A stretch of 64,000 bases of DNA from Eledone cirrhosa (taxonomy: Eukaryota): contig OZ024753.1 in NCBI GenBank assembly GCA_964016885.1, positions 24,924,001 through 24,988,000 on the forward strand, in the 5' to 3' direction. Positions 60,401-64,000 of this stretch are shown here, piece by piece. Position 1 is the first letter of the stretch. Every line of letters begins with the position of its first letter. The translations under genes were made by a program, and so were the position numbers. Under the pieces are notes generated by a model, which was given only the letters and a program-made list of their open reading frames with translations, made no database searches and was not told the origin of the DNA.

Positions 60401-63400
60401 TTCAGTCAAGATATAGAAACATGATAGTAATAACTCCAGTCAAGATATAGAAGCATGATAGTAATAACTCCAGCCAAGACATAGAAACATGATAGTAATA
60501 ACTCCAGCCAACACATAGAAACATGATAGTAATAACTCCCGCCAAGATATAGAAACATGATAGTAATAACTCCAGTCAAGACATAGAAACATGATAGTAA
60601 TAACCCCAATCAAGTTATAGAAACATGATAGTAATAACTCCAACCAAGACATAGAAACATGATAGTAATAACTCCAACCAAGACATAGAAACAGGATAGT
60701 AATAACTCCAACCAAGATATAGAAATAGGATAGTAATAAGTCCAACCAAAATATTGAAACATGATAGTAATAACTCCAGCCAAGACATAGAAACATGATA
60801 GTAATAACTCCAGCCAAGACATAGAAACATGATAGTAATAACTCCCGCCAAGATATAGAAACATGATAGTAATAACTCCAGTCAAGACATAGAAACATGA
60901 TAGTAATAACTCCAGTCAAGATATAGAAACATGATAGTAATAACCCCAATCAAGTTATAGAAACATGATAGTAATAACTCCAACCAAGACATAGAAACAT
61001 GATAGTAATAACTCCAACCAAGATATAGAAACAGGATAGTAATAACTCAAACCAAGATATAGAAACAAGATAGTAATAACTCCAGTCAAGATATAGAAAC
61101 ATGATAGTAATAACTCCAGCCAAGACATAGAAACATGATAGTAATAACTCCCGCCAAGATATAGAAACATGATAGTAATAACTCCAGTCAAGACATAGAA
61201 ACATGATAGTAATAACTCCAACCAAGACATAGAAACATGATAGTAATAACTCCAACCAAAATATAGAAACATGATAGTAAGAACTCCAACCAAGATATAG
61301 AAACATGATAGTAATAACTCTAACCAAAATATAGAAACATGATAGTAATAACTCCAACCAAGACATAGAAACATGATAGTAATAACTCCAACCAAGACAT
61401 AGAAACAGGATAGTAATAACTCCAACCAAGATATAGAAATAGGATAGTAATAACTCCAACCAAAATATTGAAACATGATAGTAATAACTCCAACCAAGAT
61501 ATAGAAACAGGATAGTAATAACTCCAGACAAGACATAGAAACAGGATAGTAATAACTCCAGACAAGACATAGAAACAGGATAGTAATAACTCCAGACAAG
61601 ACACAGAAACATGATAGTAATAACTCCAACCAAGATATAGAAACATGATAATAATATCTCCAACCAAGACATAGAAACAGGATAGTAATAACTCCAGACA
61701 AGACATAGAAACAGGATAGTAATAACTCCAACCAAGACATAGAAACAGGATAGTAATAACTCCAGACAAGACTGAGAAACATGATAGTAATAACTCCAAC
61801 CAAGACATAGAAACAGGATAGTAATAACTCCAGACAAGACTGAGAAACATGATAATAATAACTCCAACCAAGACATAGAAACATGATAGTAATAACCCCA
61901 ATCATGACATAAAAACATGATAATAATAACTTCAGTCAAGATATAGAAACATGATAGTAATAACTCCAGTCAAGATATAGAAGCATGATAGTAATAACTC
62001 CAGCCAAGACATAGAAACATGATAGTAATAACTCCAGCCAACACATAGAAACATGATAGTAATAACTCCCACCAAGATATAGAAACATGATAGTAATAAC
62101 TCCAGTCAAGACATAGAAACATGATAGTAATAACCCCAATCAAGTTATAGAAACATGATAGTAATAACTCCAACCAAGACATAGAAACATGATAGTAATA
62201 ACTCCAACCAAGACATAGAAACAGGATAGTAATAACTCCAGCAAAGACATAGAAACAGGATAGTAATAACTCCAGACAAGACTGAGAAACATGATAATAA
62301 TAACTCCAACCAAGACATAGAAACATGATAGTAATAACTCCAATCATGACATAAAAACATGATAATAATAACTTCAGTCAAGATATAGAAACATGATAGT
62401 AATAACTGCAGCCAAGACATAGAAACATGATAGTAATAACTCCAGCCAACACATAGAAACATGATAGTAATAACTCCCGCCAAGATATAGAAACATGATA
62501 GTAATAACTCCAGTCAAGACATAGAAACATGATAGTAATAACTCCAGTCAACATATAGAAACATGATAGTAATAACCCCAATCAAGTTATAGAAACATGA
62601 TAGTAATAACTCCAACCAAGACATAGAAACATGATAGTAATAACTCCGACCAAAATATAGAAACAGGATAGTAATAACTCTAACCAAGATATAGAAACAT
62701 GATAGTAATAACTCCAACCAAAATATAGAAACATGATAGTAGTAACTCCAACCAAGACATAGAAACATGATAGTAATAACTTCAACCAAGATATAGAAAT
62801 AGGATAGTAATAACTCCAACCAAAATATTGAAACATGATAGTAATAACTCCAACCAAGATATAGAAACAGGATAGTAATAATTCCAACCAAGACATAGAA
62901 ACAGGATAGTAATAACTCCAAACTAAATATGGAAACATGATAGTAATAACTCCAATCAAGACATAGAAACAGGATAGTAATAACTCCTACCAAGACATAG
63001 AAACAGGATAGTAATAACTCCAACCAAGACATAGAAACATGATAGTAATAACTCCAGCCAAGATATAGAAACAGTATAGTAATAACTCCAACCAAGACAT
63101 AGAAACAGGATAGTAATAACTCCAACCAAGACATAGAAACAGGATAGTAATAACTCCAGCCAAGATATAGAAACAGGATAGTAATAACTCCAACCAAGAC
63201 ATAGAAACAGGATAGTAATAACTCCAGCCAAGATATAGAAACAGTATAGTAATAACTCCAACCAAGACATAGAAACAGGATAGTAATAACTCCAACCAAA
63301 ACATAGAAACAGGATAGTAATAACTCCAACCAAGACATAGGAACAGGATAGTAATAACTCCAGTCAAAACATAGAAACAGGATAGTAATAACTCCAACCA

Positions 63401-64000
63401 AGATATAGAAACAGGATAGTAATAACTCCAGTCAAGACATAGAAACATGATAATAATAACTCCAACCAAGACATAGAAACATGATAGTAATAAACCCAAT
63501 CATGACATAAAAACATGATAATAATAACTTCAGTCAAGATATAGAAACATGATAGTAATAACTCCAGTCAAGATATAGAAACATGATAGTAATAACTCCA
63601 GCCAAGACATAGAAACATGATAGTAATAACTCCAGCCAACACATAGAAACATGATAGTAATAACTCCAGCCAAGATATAGAAACAGGATAGTAATAACTC
63701 CAGTCAAGACATAGAAACATGATAGTAATAACTCCAGTCAAGACATAGAAACATGATAGTAATAACTCCAGCCAAGACATAGAAACATGATAGTAATAAC
63801 TCCAGCCAACACATAGAAACATGATAGTAATAACTCCAGCCAAGATATAGAAACAGGATAGTAATAACTCCAGTCAAGACATAGAAACATGATAGTAATA
63901 ACTCCAGTCAAGACATAGAAACATGATAGTAATAACTCCAGTCAAGACATAGAAACATGATAGTAATAAACCCAATCAAGTTATAGAAACATGATAGTAA
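55082..64000. repeat. Near-identical duplication at 4,726-bp (139-monomer) spacing: 55082-59807 and 59808 to beyond the window end
   Basis: Private variants recur at +4726: GTAAGAACTC (56551/61277), GTCAACATAT (57821/62547), TAAACCCAATCAAG (59241/63967) and CTGCAG (57680/62406). ORF pairs 55680/60406 and 58842/63568 agree. Confidence 0.93.

Larger units (their letters stand above)
1..64000. repeat. 34-bp tandem satellite array, ~1,882 monomers, single orientation, extends beyond both window edges
   Basis: A monomer such as CAGGATAGTAATAACTCCAGCCAAGATATAGAAA (1-34) recurs every 34 bp. Every 1,020-bp line start (1021, 2041 ... 42841) falls on monomer position 1. After 43,453 the register is shifted by +1 (43862 ... 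63242). No non-repeat sequence was seen. Confidence 0.99.

Noticed and set aside
547-63843. Hundreds of minus-strand ORFs (64-635 aa) resembling multi-pass membrane proteins
   Set aside because: All are translations of the same 34-bp monomer. They overlap in all three frames with the same peptide, start and stop at arbitrary variant monomers, and have no unique domain. The unit length is not a multiple of 3.
1-64000. CRISPR array (34 bp is within the CRISPR repeat size range)
   Set aside because: The monomers are directly adjacent with no unique spacers. The variable part differs by only a few substitutions, and there is no leader or cas gene.
1-64000. Plus-strand protein under a ciliate-type code (TAA/TAG = Gln), giving QDSNNSNQDIETGQQQLQPRHRNRIVITPTKTQK repeats
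   Set aside because: The frequent CATGA monomers still give TGA stops. Duplication lengths such as 5, 73, 82, 139 and 149 monomers are not multiples of 3 and would change the frame, so there is no sign of codon-level constraint.
1-64000. Telomerase-made telomeric repeat (G/T-rich minus strand with TTGGTTGG)
   Set aside because: It matches no telomere repeat I recognise. Inherited variants arranged in multi-kb duplications indicate recombination or replication-based amplification rather than templated synthesis. A subtelomeric location cannot be excluded.
1-64000. Inversions, hairpins or transposon insertions inside the array
   Set aside because: No reverse-complement monomers (for example TTATTACTATC on the + strand) and no foreign sequence were seen. 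The unbroken register excludes insertions other than whole monomers and the single extra base.

Overview
The whole 64 kb window is one uninterrupted head-to-tail satellite array of a 34-bp monomer, about 1,882 copies, all in the same orientation. The + strand consensus is CA(T/G)GATAGTAATAACTCCA(A/G)(C/T)CAAGA(C/T)ATAGAAA; the CATG/AACC/GAC form has 17 A, 7 C, 6 T and 4 G. I see no unique sequence, gene, RNA gene, transposon or CRISPR array, and the array runs off both ends. Monomers differ by substitutions and almost never by length: the register is 1+34k up to 43,419 and 2+34k afterwards, because of a single 1-bp insertion at 43,440. Reading the variant monomers as letters shows a nested higher-order repeat (HOR) structure whose period changes along the array. 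Visible periods are 5, 42, 45, 46/56, 60/62/73, 82, 98/99, 139, 149 and 159/166 monomers, built around a recurrent ordered cassette of variants. There are three regional sub-families with their own diagnostic variants. All ORFs in the supplied track are on the minus strand and follow from the monomer having no stop codon on that strand; I do not call them genes. The organisation is typical of eukaryotic heterochromatic satellite DNA (inference). I cannot identify the organism or the satellite family from sequence alone. Coordinates and offsets were read by eye and from the ORF track, so block boundaries are accurate to about one or two monomers.
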